A stretch of DNA of 44,645 nt, taken from positions 1 through 44,645 of the forward strand of contig CAYFXP010000190.1 of the NCBI GenBank assembly GCA_964346935.1, given 5' to 3'. The notes beneath the pieces are model-generated. The model searched no databases and was not told the origin of the DNA. It saw only the letters and a program-made list of their open reading frames with translations. The DNA is from an uncultured Syntrophobacterales bacterium. Its GTDB lineage: Bacteria; Desulfobacterota; BSN033; WVXP01; G020346125. A program made the position numbers and the translations under genes. Positions 17,599 to 26,305 of the stretch are shown piece by piece (the first letter of the stretch is position 1; every line of letters starts with the position of its first letter).

Positions 17599-18555
17599 TC
17601 ATTCCCAATAAGAATAAAAGTTATACCATTGATCCGGGTATCGGCGAATGTAATCCTCGAAGACTCGGGTAATCTCCTGCATACCCTCCCGAATAACCCG
17701 CTCCCGTTTACCCCTTTCGCTCCCATCGAAGTAGATCGGCTTCTCGATGATTCCCCGATATTTCCAACCCTTCTCCATCACCACGAAGACGGGAAGAACC
17801 GGTGACCCGGCCATCATAGCCAGCATGGCAACGCCCATGGGAAACCGCGTCCTTCGGCCGAAGAAATCCACGTCGATGGTATTGGGGGAATCCTGCCGGT
17901 CGCCCAACATGGCGACGATCTCGTTATTCCTCAAGGCCTTGACCAGCTCTATGGTCGAAAAGGGATCCTCCCCTCCTCCCTTGATATAGAGTTCCCTGAT
18001 CCCCTTGGAATGCCTGAATCTCCCTCTGAAGGCCTTGGTCCTGGGGTCGGGTTCATCCAAGGACAGTACATTAAGGGTTCCCCCCCTGAAGGCCAGCAAC
18101 AGGCCCCCCATCTCCCAATTCCCCAGGTGCGGGGTAATGCAGATAGCCCCTTTTCCCTTCCTGAGTGCCTGGGCCATGTACTCCGCTCCGAGTTCTCCCT
18201 CTATCACCCTCCGCTTGTTGGAGGGGGTAATTTGATGTATCACCATGTAGTCCAACAGATATTGCCCATAGTTTCGAAAGGTCTTGCGGGCCAACCTGGA
18301 AATTTCTTGAGGGCTCAGTCGTCCTCGGCCGATTACCTCAAGGTTCCGTTTCACCGCCCGCCGGCTTCGCCTCATCAGCATATAGAAGATGTCGCCCACC
18401 GGAATGGCGACGAACTTCTGTACCGAACGAGGAATGAGGATCGAGCCCAAAAAGAACCCCAAGAGGTAAATGTATCTGTTCAAGGGACGGACGTTCTGTT
18501 CCCGCCTGGAATCACCCAATAAAGTACTCCTTGATAAAACGGAGAAGGGTTCCAA
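17599..18555 (-). CDS. LpxL/HtrB-family lysophospholipid/lipid A-type acyltransferase
   Basis: N-terminal membrane anchor and the family signature ITPHLGNWEMGG (HxGNWE). Length ~318 aa. Confidence 0.8.
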   Translation of the reverse strand: MEPFSVLSRSTLLGDSRREQNVRPLNRYIYLLGFFLGSILIPRSVQKFVAIPVGDIFYMLMRRSRRAVKRNLEVIGRGRLSPQEISRLARKTFRNYGQYLLDYMVIHQITPSNKRRVIEGELGAEYMAQALRKGKGAICITPHLGNWEMGGLLLAFRGGTLNVLSLDEPDPRTKAFRGRFRHSKGIRELYIKGGGEDPFSTIELVKALRNNEIVAMLGDRQDSPNTIDVDFFGRRTRFPMGVAMLAMMAGSPVLPVFVVMEKGWKYRGIIEKPIYFDGSERGKRERVIREGMQEITRVFEDYIRRYPDQWYNFYSYWE

Positions 18556-19879
18556 CCCCCAACCTGTGGCGTTTGATCAGTTGAAAGACATCTGTTCGTC
18601 CCTTTTTGGACCTCATATAATAGAGGAAATTGGCCTTCAGAAGCAACCACTGGAGACGGACGAAGGAGATATGATCGTGCTTAAACACCAGGTGCTGGGC
18701 ATCATAGAAGGTCCACGGCCTGCGGAACAAGCGGGCCTTCACCTTCTCATAGAGGGCGGTACCCGGGTAAGGCGTTAGAATGGAGAACTGCGCGACGTTG
18801 GTATCGAGCCGCTTGGCCCAATGGATGGTTTCGTTAACGGCCCCGGCCGTTTCCCCGAGTCCCCCCAAGATGTAGCTGGCGAAGATCTCAAATCCATTCC
18901 GCTTCAAAATCTCTACCGCTCGTTCGGCCATCCCGATATCGGACCTCTTCCCGAACTCCTCCAGGCTTTGCCGATGGGGGGTCTCAACTCCTATGTATAT
19001 GGTCTTGGCACCCGCTTTCCGCATCTTCCTGAGCATTGGCTCGTTCTTAACGATGGTATCGGCTCGGGAGAAATTCCACCACCAGATGTCAAGATTTCTC
19101 TGGATGATTCCTTCCGATAGCTCCATAATCCTTTGGGGGGAGAGGGTAAAATTATCATCCACAAATGCGATGGCATTAAAGCGATAACGCCGAACAAGCT
19201 CCTCGATCTCCTGGAGTACCGAGGACACGCTGCGGCTCCTCCACTTTCTGCCGAAGAAGGTGGAGGACGAACAAAAGGAGCAGTTGCTGGGACACCCTCG
19301 GCTGGTGATCACGGGCGTAATATCCCGATCCCCGAACTTGGTCTGCCGGTAATCGTTCATGTCGATGAGATGTCGAGCGGGCAAGGGGAGCTCGTCGAGG
19401 TCTTGGATGAACTCCCTCCGGGGTGTCCTCACGATATGACCATTCTGAGCAAAGCTGACCCCCTTAATGCGGGAAAACTCTCCCCTCTCCTTTTGCAATT
19501 CGACGAGGAGCTCGTGGAGGGTGACTTCCCCTTCCCCATGGACAACGAAATCCACACGGCCGGCCTTCAACACCTCCTCATCGACAAAACAGGGATGGGG
19601 GCCCCCCATGATAACGGTGCACCCTGCCCTTCGAGCCCTCTTGGCGATCTTGAGGGCATTGTAAAAGCGCGTTGTATCAGTGCCAATGCCCACCACGTCA
19701 TAATCTCGAAACCGGATATCCCCCTTCGAACCTCTGTGGATACACAGGTCCTTCACCTCTGGATGATGGCCCTCCCTCTCCAGATAGGCAGCCAGGGAGA
19801 GGAGCCCAAGCGGGGGAAAGTGGAGGCCTACGGCCTTCAGAATGCCGGTGTTGGGTGGGTTAATCAGCAACATTCTCAT
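18512..19879 (-). CDS. B12-binding-domain radical SAM protein
   Basis: MRMLLINPP...FPPLGLLSLAAYLEREG...DVVGIGT...VIMGGPHP, and SRGCPSNCSFCSS. Start taken at ATG 19879 after a G-rich RBS (the track starts at 19927). The 3' end overlaps the next gene by 44 nt. Confidence 0.9.
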   Translation of the reverse strand: MRMLLINPPNTGILKAVGLHFPPLGLLSLAAYLEREGHHPEVKDLCIHRGSKGDIRFRDYDVVGIGTDTTRFYNALKIAKRARRAGCTVIMGGPHPCFVDEEVLKAGRVDFVVHGEGEVTLHELLVELQKERGEFSRIKGVSFAQNGHIVRTPRREFIQDLDELPLPARHLIDMNDYRQTKFGDRDITPVITSRGCPSNCSFCSSSTFFGRKWRSRSVSSVLQEIEELVRRYRFNAIAFVDDNFTLSPQRIMELSEGIIQRNLDIWWWNFSRADTIVKNEPMLRKMRKAGAKTIYIGVETPHRQSLEEFGKRSDIGMAERAVEILKRNGFEIFASYILGGLGETAGAVNETIHWAKRLDTNVAQFSILTPYPGTALYEKVKARLFRRPWTFYDAQHLVFKHDHISFVRLQWLLLKANFLYYMRSKKGRTDVFQLIKRHRLGVGTLLRFIKEYFIG

Positions 19880-19933
19880 GCGGCCCCCCGTTTGTCGACC
19901 CACCATCGGCCTATGGGAAGCCCCCAAGCAGAA

Positions 19934-20926
19934 TCAGTCGGGTACCGACCGGATCGCGACTCGAGCCTCCTCCTGGGCGCCCTCAAAGGCATCGCTATGC
20001 TTTCCACAGGTATCCCCCCAGCAGGCCACGGCTTTCCCTTCGGCAATCAGTTCCATCACGTCACAGGTATTTCCACATCCATCGCATTCGAAGCTTCGGG
20101 TCGAAAAATTCCATTCGGCGACTTCTACTCCCTTGAAGCAAGTCTTGGAGGGCCTCACCCTTCTCACCAGCTTTGCGGCTCCGATAGCACCCATCAGGTC
20201 AAAGTGAGGCGGGACGATGACTTCCAACCCCAATTCCCTTTCCAAGGCCTGTCTGATTCCCCTGTTTGCGGCCACCCCGCCTTGGAAGACGACAGGGGGC
20301 AAGATCTCCTTACCCCTTGAAACGTTGTTCAGGTAGTTCTTGACCAGGGAATCGCATAACCCGGCGATGATATCCTCTATTTGATACCCCAGTTGCTGCT
20401 TGTGGATCATATCCGTTTCGGCAAAGACCGTACACCGCCCCGCAATGCGGACCCTATCCCGAGACCTTAAGGCCCAATCCCCGAAGTCCTCTATGGAAAT
20501 CCCAAGCCGGGAGGCCTGTTGGTCCAGAAAGGAACCCGTTCCCGCTGCGCAGACCGTGTTCATGGCGAAATCAACTACCACCTCCTCCCTCAGGATGATG
20601 ATCTTCGAGTCCTGCCCCCCGATTTCAATGATGGTCTTTGCATCGGGTACATAATCGACGACCGCCAAGGCGTGGGCCGTAATCTCATTCTTCACGACAT
20701 CGGCCCCAACCAGATAGGCCGCCAAGTGTCGAGCGCTTCCCGTGGTCCCAATCCCTTCTATGGAAAGGGGATTGCCCGCCTGACGAGTGATGCTCCGTAT
20801 TCCTTCCTGAATAGCGGCGATGGGCTTTCCCGCGTTTCTGAGGTAGGCATGGGCGATAACGCGATCTTCCCCATCGGTGAGGACAACCTTGGTCGTGATG
20901 GATCCCACATCGATTCCTAAATACAC
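19934..20926 (-). CDS. BcrAD/BadFG/HgdC-type ATPase (activase-like) with a C-terminal 4-Cys motif
   Basis: YLGIDVGSITTKVV (ASKHA phosphate-1). Cluster-ligand contexts NTVCAAGTGSFLDQQ and AGRCTVFAETDMIH. C-terminal FECDGCGNTC...CWGDTCGKH. GTG start after GAGGGGGAG. Confidence 0.88.
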   Translation of the reverse strand: MYLGIDVGSITTKVVLTDGEDRVIAHAYLRNAGKPIAAIQEGIRSITRQAGNPLSIEGIGTTGSARHLAAYLVGADVVKNEITAHALAVVDYVPDAKTIIEIGGQDSKIIILREEVVVDFAMNTVCAAGTGSFLDQQASRLGISIEDFGDWALRSRDRVRIAGRCTVFAETDMIHKQQLGYQIEDIIAGLCDSLVKNYLNNVSRGKEILPPVVFQGGVAANRGIRQALERELGLEVIVPPHFDLMGAIGAAKLVRRVRPSKTCFKGVEVAEWNFSTRSFECDGCGNTCDVMELIAEGKAVACWGDTCGKHSDAFEGAQEEARVAIRSVPD

Positions 20927-21930
20927 GTCTCCCCCTCAGACTGCAACGCTCTCGTCCTTCTCTGCGTACAGATGTCTACAAAGGCCTCCAATCTGGTGGC
21001 CAGGCCCTGGACGGTGGCATGCTCGTCCAGCGATAAGGTCAGGAAGGGAATGGTACTTTCTCCATGGGCCTTAAAAGCCCTCTTGAGATACTCCTGCAGG
21101 AGGGCATCGATACCGCATTTGAAGGAGCTTAAGAAGACCACGCCATCTATGTCGTTTCGCCTAAGGAAAATAAACGCAGCCCCAACAATTTCCCTCCCCG
21201 ATGACCAGTAGATCTCCTTGGATAGATTTGAGACCCTCCTATCGACCTCACCTCCGTCCAAGGAGTCGGCGATGGCGATCTGGCAGCCCAATTTCCTGAC
21301 CATCCCGAGGACATCTTTACTTACATCCGCATCATAGATATTGTAGGGATGACCGATGAGGGCGATATTGAGATCTCCAGACCAGGAGGTCGTCTCTGGT
21401 GTTGGTATCTCCAACGTGAAGATATCCCTAATGGGCAACCCGTTCACCCTCTTCGCCAAATCACCCTCGAATTCCCGCTGGGCAGAAAGAGCCGCGCGGG
21501 ACGCAGCACGGATCTGCCCTGGTTTCAACCCCAACCGCTCGCCTATGGCCTTAGAGAAGCCGCTCCATGGATCACTCCCCAACCGATAATCGAGGGAATC
21601 ATCAATGACTTCAGCTTGGTTCCCGGTGGCTAATTTAACGATATCAGGAACCCCCCTGAACTTTGGGCACATGATGTATTTGCGATGAATGCTGATTAGC
21701 CGCGGCACGAAGAGGAAGTCCACCTCCTTCGCAAGGTCAAGACAATGGGCGACCATCAACTTCATGGGGAAACAGCTATCCTCGAAATAACCGATGGCTT
21801 GTCTGCCGAGCAATCCCCTTCCCATCGGATCAGAGGTAACTACTTCACATCCCATTTCCCGGAAAAAGGCGGACCAAAGGGGAAAGAAGCGATAGTACAT
21901 GAGTCCCTTAGGGATGCCTACTCGTCTCAA
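20917..21930 (-). CDS. HgdA/B-like, DUF2229-type 'CoA enzyme activase-associated' protein (middle-domain type)
   Basis: VGIPKGLMYYRFFPLWSAFFREMGCEV and FLSSFKCGIDALL...LSLDEHATVQGLATRLEAFVD align by eye with residues ~680-990 of the 1407-aa protein. TTG start. Confidence 0.8.
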   Translation of the reverse strand: MRRVGIPKGLMYYRFFPLWSAFFREMGCEVVTSDPMGRGLLGRQAIGYFEDSCFPMKLMVAHCLDLAKEVDFLFVPRLISIHRKYIMCPKFRGVPDIVKLATGNQAEVIDDSLDYRLGSDPWSGFSKAIGERLGLKPGQIRAASRAALSAQREFEGDLAKRVNGLPIRDIFTLEIPTPETTSWSGDLNIALIGHPYNIYDADVSKDVLGMVRKLGCQIAIADSLDGGEVDRRVSNLSKEIYWSSGREIVGAAFIFLRRNDIDGVVFLSSFKCGIDALLQEYLKRAFKAHGESTIPFLTLSLDEHATVQGLATRLEAFVDICTQRRTRALQSEGETCI

Positions 21931-21967
21931 TGAAATCCTTGCCTCCCCTGATCCACCATCAAGGCAT

Positions 21968-22212
21968 CATCTGCGGCGTTGCCTTCGATCGCTCCTCCTT
22001 GCGGCGTATTGCTCCATACGCCTCAGTCGTCGCTCCTCGGCGCCTTGCATCTAATACCTTGCTGGTGATCAGGAATATTTCTATAACCTGCTGATTTCAG
22101 TTTTGACGGCTTCGTAAAAAGTCCACCTGCTGCGTTACGCCTCATCTTTCGTCATTGCGGCGTACTGGTAAGTACGCCTCATTCCTCAAGATTCGCAAGC
22201 CTTGCATTTGGC
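21968..22212. repeat. Two direct copies (~85 nt, offset 156 nt) of a hairpin-containing REP-like element
   Basis: Copy 1 is 21968-22052 and copy 2 is 22124-22209 (CTGC[G/T]GCGTT...TTGCGGCGTA...TACGCCTCA...GCCTTGCAT). Hairpins are GGCGTAT/ATACGCC (22003-22022) and GGCGTACT/AGTACGCC (22159-22178). Confidence 0.6.
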
Positions 22213-23379
22213 GCTTTTTACTTTGCCGTCGGATTTTTGACATTTTACGAGTTCATCAGTTTTAATACCTAAATTAGACGGTGGATTTTGGCGTCTCCTC
22301 CACCTGAGCATATCCACGAAGGCCTCAAGCAACGTGATAATCCGCCCCTCGTTCTCCTGCTCGTCCAAGATGAGGGTAAGGACGGGAAGGCCCAAATCCC
22401 TGCTCACCCGATCGAGGATCCCCGATGCAGTGGTTTCCGGCATACACGCGAAGGGCATCAAGTGGACGACCCCGTCGTAACCGTCCTTTGCCCTGAGGAT
22501 GGTTTCCCCTATGGAGACGTTGCATTCGGCCCCCACATCGTAGCCTAAATATTCAAGGGAAGCCTGATGGTAGCTCAGCCGCTCCCGCCGATTCTTCCTC
22601 CCCACGCCCAGGCTTCTCATAATGTGCGAGGAAAACCACGAGGTTCGGCTTACCTCGACCCCCAATTCCCCTAGTTTTCGCTCGACTCCCTTGTTGATTT
22701 GGGGATCCATCACCGTATAGAGCTCACCCACGATGGCTACCTTCAGGGGCTGTCGACCACGGTCTTGATCAACGGAATCGAGGATTTTCTCCCCATCGAT
22801 GACGGCCCTTTCGATGGCCTTGCCCGTTTTCGCCCTATCGAGACCTGCGAGGACTTTCTGCAAAGCCTTCTCCGTTCGCCCTATAATGACTTCTCTGGCC
22901 CGCACCTTCAAGGCCAGCTTCTCCAGCTTTTCGCAGGCCATCATCTTTTTCCAGCCAACCCAGAGGGCATAGGGGAACGTCGCGATGTTCTTGAAGCTTA
23001 ACTCCTTCTTCAGCTCCATGGTCTCTTCCCTATTCTTGAGCAGGGCCGGCCAGTCCAGCGTGGGGGGAATGGTCAACCATCTATAGTGAAGGCCTAAGTC
23101 CTCAAGGATGACCTTTTGAACCAGGTCATAGAGGCCGAGCCTACAAGGAGGACCGCTTCCCACCATTATGATGGTGTCCGCGCCCAGCTCCAGGGCCTCG
23201 ATGAAATTTCCCAGGATAATCTTAAAAGGGAGGCAAATACATTCGTTGGAATTCTTAACGCCTAGGGTGAGGGTCTTCTTGCTCGTTTTGGGTGGGACGA
23301 CATAATCGATACCCGCGGTTTCCGCGATCGCCTTGCAGAATATGTGCATCGTTCCCAGGTGCGGAAAGGTGACCTTCAT
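22186..23379 (-). CDS. HgdA/B-like, DUF2229-type protein (C-terminal-domain type)
   Basis: KVTFPHLGTMHIFCKAI...NECICLPFKIILG and HLMPFACMPETTASGIL...LILDEQENEGRIITLLEAFVD align by eye with residues ~1000-1390 of the 1407-aa protein. ATGA overlap with the upstream radical SAM gene. Confidence 0.8.
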   Translation of the reverse strand: MKVTFPHLGTMHIFCKAIAETAGIDYVVPPKTSKKTLTLGVKNSNECICLPFKIILGNFIEALELGADTIIMVGSGPPCRLGLYDLVQKVILEDLGLHYRWLTIPPTLDWPALLKNREETMELKKELSFKNIATFPYALWVGWKKMMACEKLEKLALKVRAREVIIGRTEKALQKVLAGLDRAKTGKAIERAVIDGEKILDSVDQDRGRQPLKVAIVGELYTVMDPQINKGVERKLGELGVEVSRTSWFSSHIMRSLGVGRKNRRERLSYHQASLEYLGYDVGAECNVSIGETILRAKDGYDGVVHLMPFACMPETTASGILDRVSRDLGLPVLTLILDEQENEGRIITLLEAFVDMLRWRRRQNPPSNLGIKTDELVKCQKSDGKVKSAKCKACES

Positions 23380-24767
23380 GCATGTTTACCCCCTGCTCCT
23401 ACCTCCACCTCCCCCGCATCCCCTTCCTGCCACGCGGCATCGGCTATTGCCCCGTACTCCTCGGCAAACCGATCGATATCGGGCGCCAAATCCGCAAAGA
23501 GGGCCCGCGCACCGGGATGGGTAAAGTATCCGGCATAATTGAGGGCAAGATCCCTCCCCTGACGAGGATGATCGATTAACATACAAGGCCTCATGTGATT
23601 CTCGGAAAAGGGCTGCCGAGCCCGAATCTCCCTGAAAAGGGGAGATGTAAGCACCTCAAGAAGGGATTTCCCCCGAATATTATCCGATGCAAAATGACAG
23701 AAAACACAGGGCTCCACATCGCCCCGGGCGTTGATGTGCAAGTACTTCCTCCCCCCAGCAATACACCCCTGGGTGAGATGACCATCGTTCCAAAAATCAA
23801 CAAACAGCATGGGCTTGGTTGCCCGAAAATACCGCAACCGCTCCCGCATCAAATTCCTCTGCCCAGGGGTAGCCATCATCCTGAGATCCGGATTCCTCCC
23901 AATGGGAACGTAATAGAAATTCCACATCAGAATACACCCCTTCTCCACCAAAAAATCGATGAACTCGTCGCTCGTCAGAATATCGGTGTTAAAACACGTC
24001 TGAGTCGTGGAAACCGCGAAAAAAAGACCCGCCTCCCTCAAAAGATCCATCACCCGCACATTCCACTCGAAACGACCCTCGCCCCTCCTCAAATCGGTAT
24101 GATCCTGAAGCCCCTCCACGCTGATGGCCGGCATGACATTGCCCAACCCGATAAACCGATCCACCATCTTCTCGTCAATCAGGGTCGCATTGGTATAGAT
24201 CTGAAAACTTACATCCCCGTGCCTCTCGAAAAGCTCGAATATGTCACCCCTCAGGAAGGGCTCCCCCCCCGTAAAGAGAATGAGGTGAATCCCCATCTCC
24301 TTGCCCTCGGCGATCACCCTGTCGATGATCTCCAACTCCATCTCCTCCCCATACTCATAGTCCCCCGAATAGCACCCATCGCAGCTGAGGTTGCACCGCA
24401 TGGTCGGACTGATGAGAAGGGCATCGGGCGGATAGACCCCCGTGCTCGCCTCGAATTCCTTCCGCCTATTGGTGCCCACCAAGAGCTGATTGATGATGAA
24501 GTTGGTGATGATCTTCCTGCGGTGATGCGAATTTGCCTCCCTCAATATTCGCTTGGCTAACTGAAGCCCCGGGTGCTTCCGCCTGAAGAGCTCCCTGATC
24601 CAACGGATCTTCCTCCGATATGAATCCTTTCGCGGGATTCTCTCGGCCAGGTGTGTCAGACGGATCAGCTGCTCATCGGATGCACTGGCCAGAAGGGAGA
24701 GGGCACTGGTGGTGAACTTCTCGAGGGAGTAGTGCTTCATCCTCGTGTAGACGCTTACCTTTGACAT
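23376..24767 (-). CDS. Radical SAM protein with a C-terminal SPASM/twitch-like Cys region
   Basis: PTMRCNLSCDGCYS (CxxxCxxC), LFTGGEPFL, and C-terminal GCIAGGRKYLHINARGDVEPCVFCHF...RPCML. Start taken at ATG 24767 after AAAGGTGGAG (the track starts at GTG 24776). Confidence 0.85.
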   Translation of the reverse strand: MSKVSVYTRMKHYSLEKFTTSALSLLASASDEQLIRLTHLAERIPRKDSYRRKIRWIRELFRRKHPGLQLAKRILREANSHHRRKIITNFIINQLLVGTNRRKEFEASTGVYPPDALLISPTMRCNLSCDGCYSGDYEYGEEMELEIIDRVIAEGKEMGIHLILFTGGEPFLRGDIFELFERHGDVSFQIYTNATLIDEKMVDRFIGLGNVMPAISVEGLQDHTDLRRGEGRFEWNVRVMDLLREAGLFFAVSTTQTCFNTDILTSDEFIDFLVEKGCILMWNFYYVPIGRNPDLRMMATPGQRNLMRERLRYFRATKPMLFVDFWNDGHLTQGCIAGGRKYLHINARGDVEPCVFCHFASDNIRGKSLLEVLTSPLFREIRARQPFSENHMRPCMLIDHPRQGRDLALNYAGYFTHPGARALFADLAPDIDRFAEEYGAIADAAWQEGDAGEVEVGAGGKHA

Positions 24768-24791
24768 TCGCTCCACCTTTTCCGCCGAGAT

Positions 24792-25466
24792 TTACCGCCA
24801 TAACAGACTCCGTAGGTAGAGCATGCAGATCTTAAAGGTGTCGATGACTGGTCTGAAATGACTGGTGCTGGTACCAGAAATGGCATGGCCTTTAGTTGAC
24901 ATAGTTACCACACGATACCCTTTTTTGCAAGCCTTGATGAGCAACTCCATCTCCGTTTCGTAAGTTGAGGTGGTGAGCTCGACGTTCCGTAACACCTCTG
25001 TACGGATGAGACGATAACCGGATTGACTGTCGCTTATCGGGGTATGGGTTAATCGTGAAACGGCCTTTGCCCCCAATCGATTCCAGAACCGCCTCAGCCA
25101 GGGCATCTGGCCGAACTGGGCGGCCCTGGATCCAATGATGATATCCGGGCTCTCGTTCCGGTCAAGCTCTACAAAACGTGGGATCTCAGCGGGATGATGT
25201 TGGCTATCAGCATCAAGAGTGATGACCGCTTCATACCCGTGCTCCATCACATGGGCAAAGCCCGTCCTAAGGGCACGGCCCTTTCCTTTGTTGGTGGGGT
25301 GTCGCAATAGGGTGACCCCCATCTCCCTGCCGATTCGAGCCGTTGAATCCGTCGAGCCATCGTCTACAACGATGATATCGAGACGGCTTTGTTTTACCCC
25401 TTCAATTACCCCCTTGAGGGTCTTTTCTGCATTGTAGGCCGGTATGAGAACGCACAATTCGCTCAA
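24792..25466 (-). CDS. Family 2 glycosyltransferase (polyprenyl-phosphate/DPM1-like size class)
   Basis: VLIPAYNAEKTL...IIVVDDGSTDST...TLDADSQH (DxD context). 224 aa with no TM tail. TTG start overlapping the upstream stop (TTGA). Confidence 0.85.
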   Translation of the reverse strand: MSELCVLIPAYNAEKTLKGVIEGVKQSRLDIIVVDDGSTDSTARIGREMGVTLLRHPTNKGKGRALRTGFAHVMEHGYEAVITLDADSQHHPAEIPRFVELDRNESPDIIIGSRAAQFGQMPWLRRFWNRLGAKAVSRLTHTPISDSQSGYRLIRTEVLRNVELTTSTYETEMELLIKACKKGYRVVTMSTKGHAISGTSTSHFRPVIDTFKICMLYLRSLLWR

Positions 25467-26305
25467 GGTGAATCCCCATAAATCTGCCTGATGGCACCGA
25501 AGGAAAACTCCCCCAGAAGCCTTTCCATCCTTTCCTCGGTGCTCTTGATCTTTCCGTGACAGACGAAGCGCTTTACCAGAGGCAATGAAATTTTCGGCGG
25601 ATCGGGATCGAACTCGGAGGGGTGGAGAAAAATCACCGCAGGTATCTCGTGACCATTCAACTCCTCAATGGCCCCCCTGATCATTCCGTATGGAAAAACC
25701 CTTAACCCCCATCCTCCCCCCACGGGTACGTTCCCCGCCCAGGTACTCTTAACCAGGGGAGGAAATTCCTCAATCCTCCCATGGTCCGTCGAGATGCTAT
25801 AGGGTTTCCTGGGGGCGTTGGGGATTCCGATGATCCTTAGAGGCGCGATGCTGGAGTCGTATCGGAATCCATTTGAGGCCAAGATCGGCAAGGCCCAAAG
25901 GGAATTCCTCGGCCCCTTTCTGATGGACCATTCAGGAGCCCGGTACCCAAAAACCTGGCCGCCGATTACCTCTTGAATGACACTCCTTGACCGGGTAAGA
26001 TCCCTCTCGAACTTATCCGGAGTCATCTTATAGACCTGTATGTGGCCAAACCCATGGGAGGCGATCTCATGCCCTTCATCCGCGATCATCTTGATTACAT
26101 CCGGGAGCCGTTGGGCGACGTATCCCAGGACGAAAAAGGTACCGAAGACCCGATTCGTGGAGAGGATCTCAAGAATTCTGGTGACGTTTTTCTCCACCCT
26201 ACTCTCGCAGCGATCCCACTGGGATGGAGGGACGATGTTTTCGATATCACAGATATGAAACCAATCCTCCACGTCGACCGTTATGGCATTGAGAACATCC
26301 TTCAT
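25463..26305 (-). CDS. Polysaccharide deacetylase-family protein (PEP-CTERM-locus/DUF3473-like subtype)
   Basis: N-terminal NAITVDVEDWFH and HEIASHGFGH metal-site motifs. The subtype name is from memory. Confidence 0.8.
   Translation of the reverse strand: MKDVLNAITVDVEDWFHICDIENIVPPSQWDRCESRVEKNVTRILEILSTNRVFGTFFVLGYVAQRLPDVIKMIADEGHEIASHGFGHIQVYKMTPDKFERDLTRSRSVIQEVIGGQVFGYRAPEWSIRKGPRNSLWALPILASNGFRYDSSIAPLRIIGIPNAPRKPYSISTDHGRIEEFPPLVKSTWAGNVPVGGGWGLRVFPYGMIRGAIEELNGHEIPAVIFLHPSEFDPDPPKISLPLVKRFVCHGKIKSTEERMERLLGEFSFGAIRQIYGDSP

Noticed and set aside
7641-19927. Calling the cluster a ladderane (anammox) or a standard aryl-polyene biosynthetic cluster
   Set aside because: There are no anammox marker genes, and the GC content and gene context look unlike anammox Planctomycetes. 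No aryl-starter ammonia-lyase or adenylation enzyme, LolA-like protein or MMPL exporter typical of aryl-polyene loci is present. Only the parts-list analogy is retained.
21968-22212. Possible CRISPR array or other regularly spaced repeat locus
   Set aside because: There are only two copies. The units are ~85 nt with internal hairpins and a 156-nt offset, with no repeat-spacer periodicity and no cas genes in the window.
9584-24560. Other long antisense ORFs over the gene train (for example 9584..10405, 13365..14084, 14936..15541, 15784..16407, 19133..20320, 23595..24560)
   Set aside because: Each is entirely contained in a minus-strand gene with strong family motifs. None has a plausible RBS or a recognisable domain.
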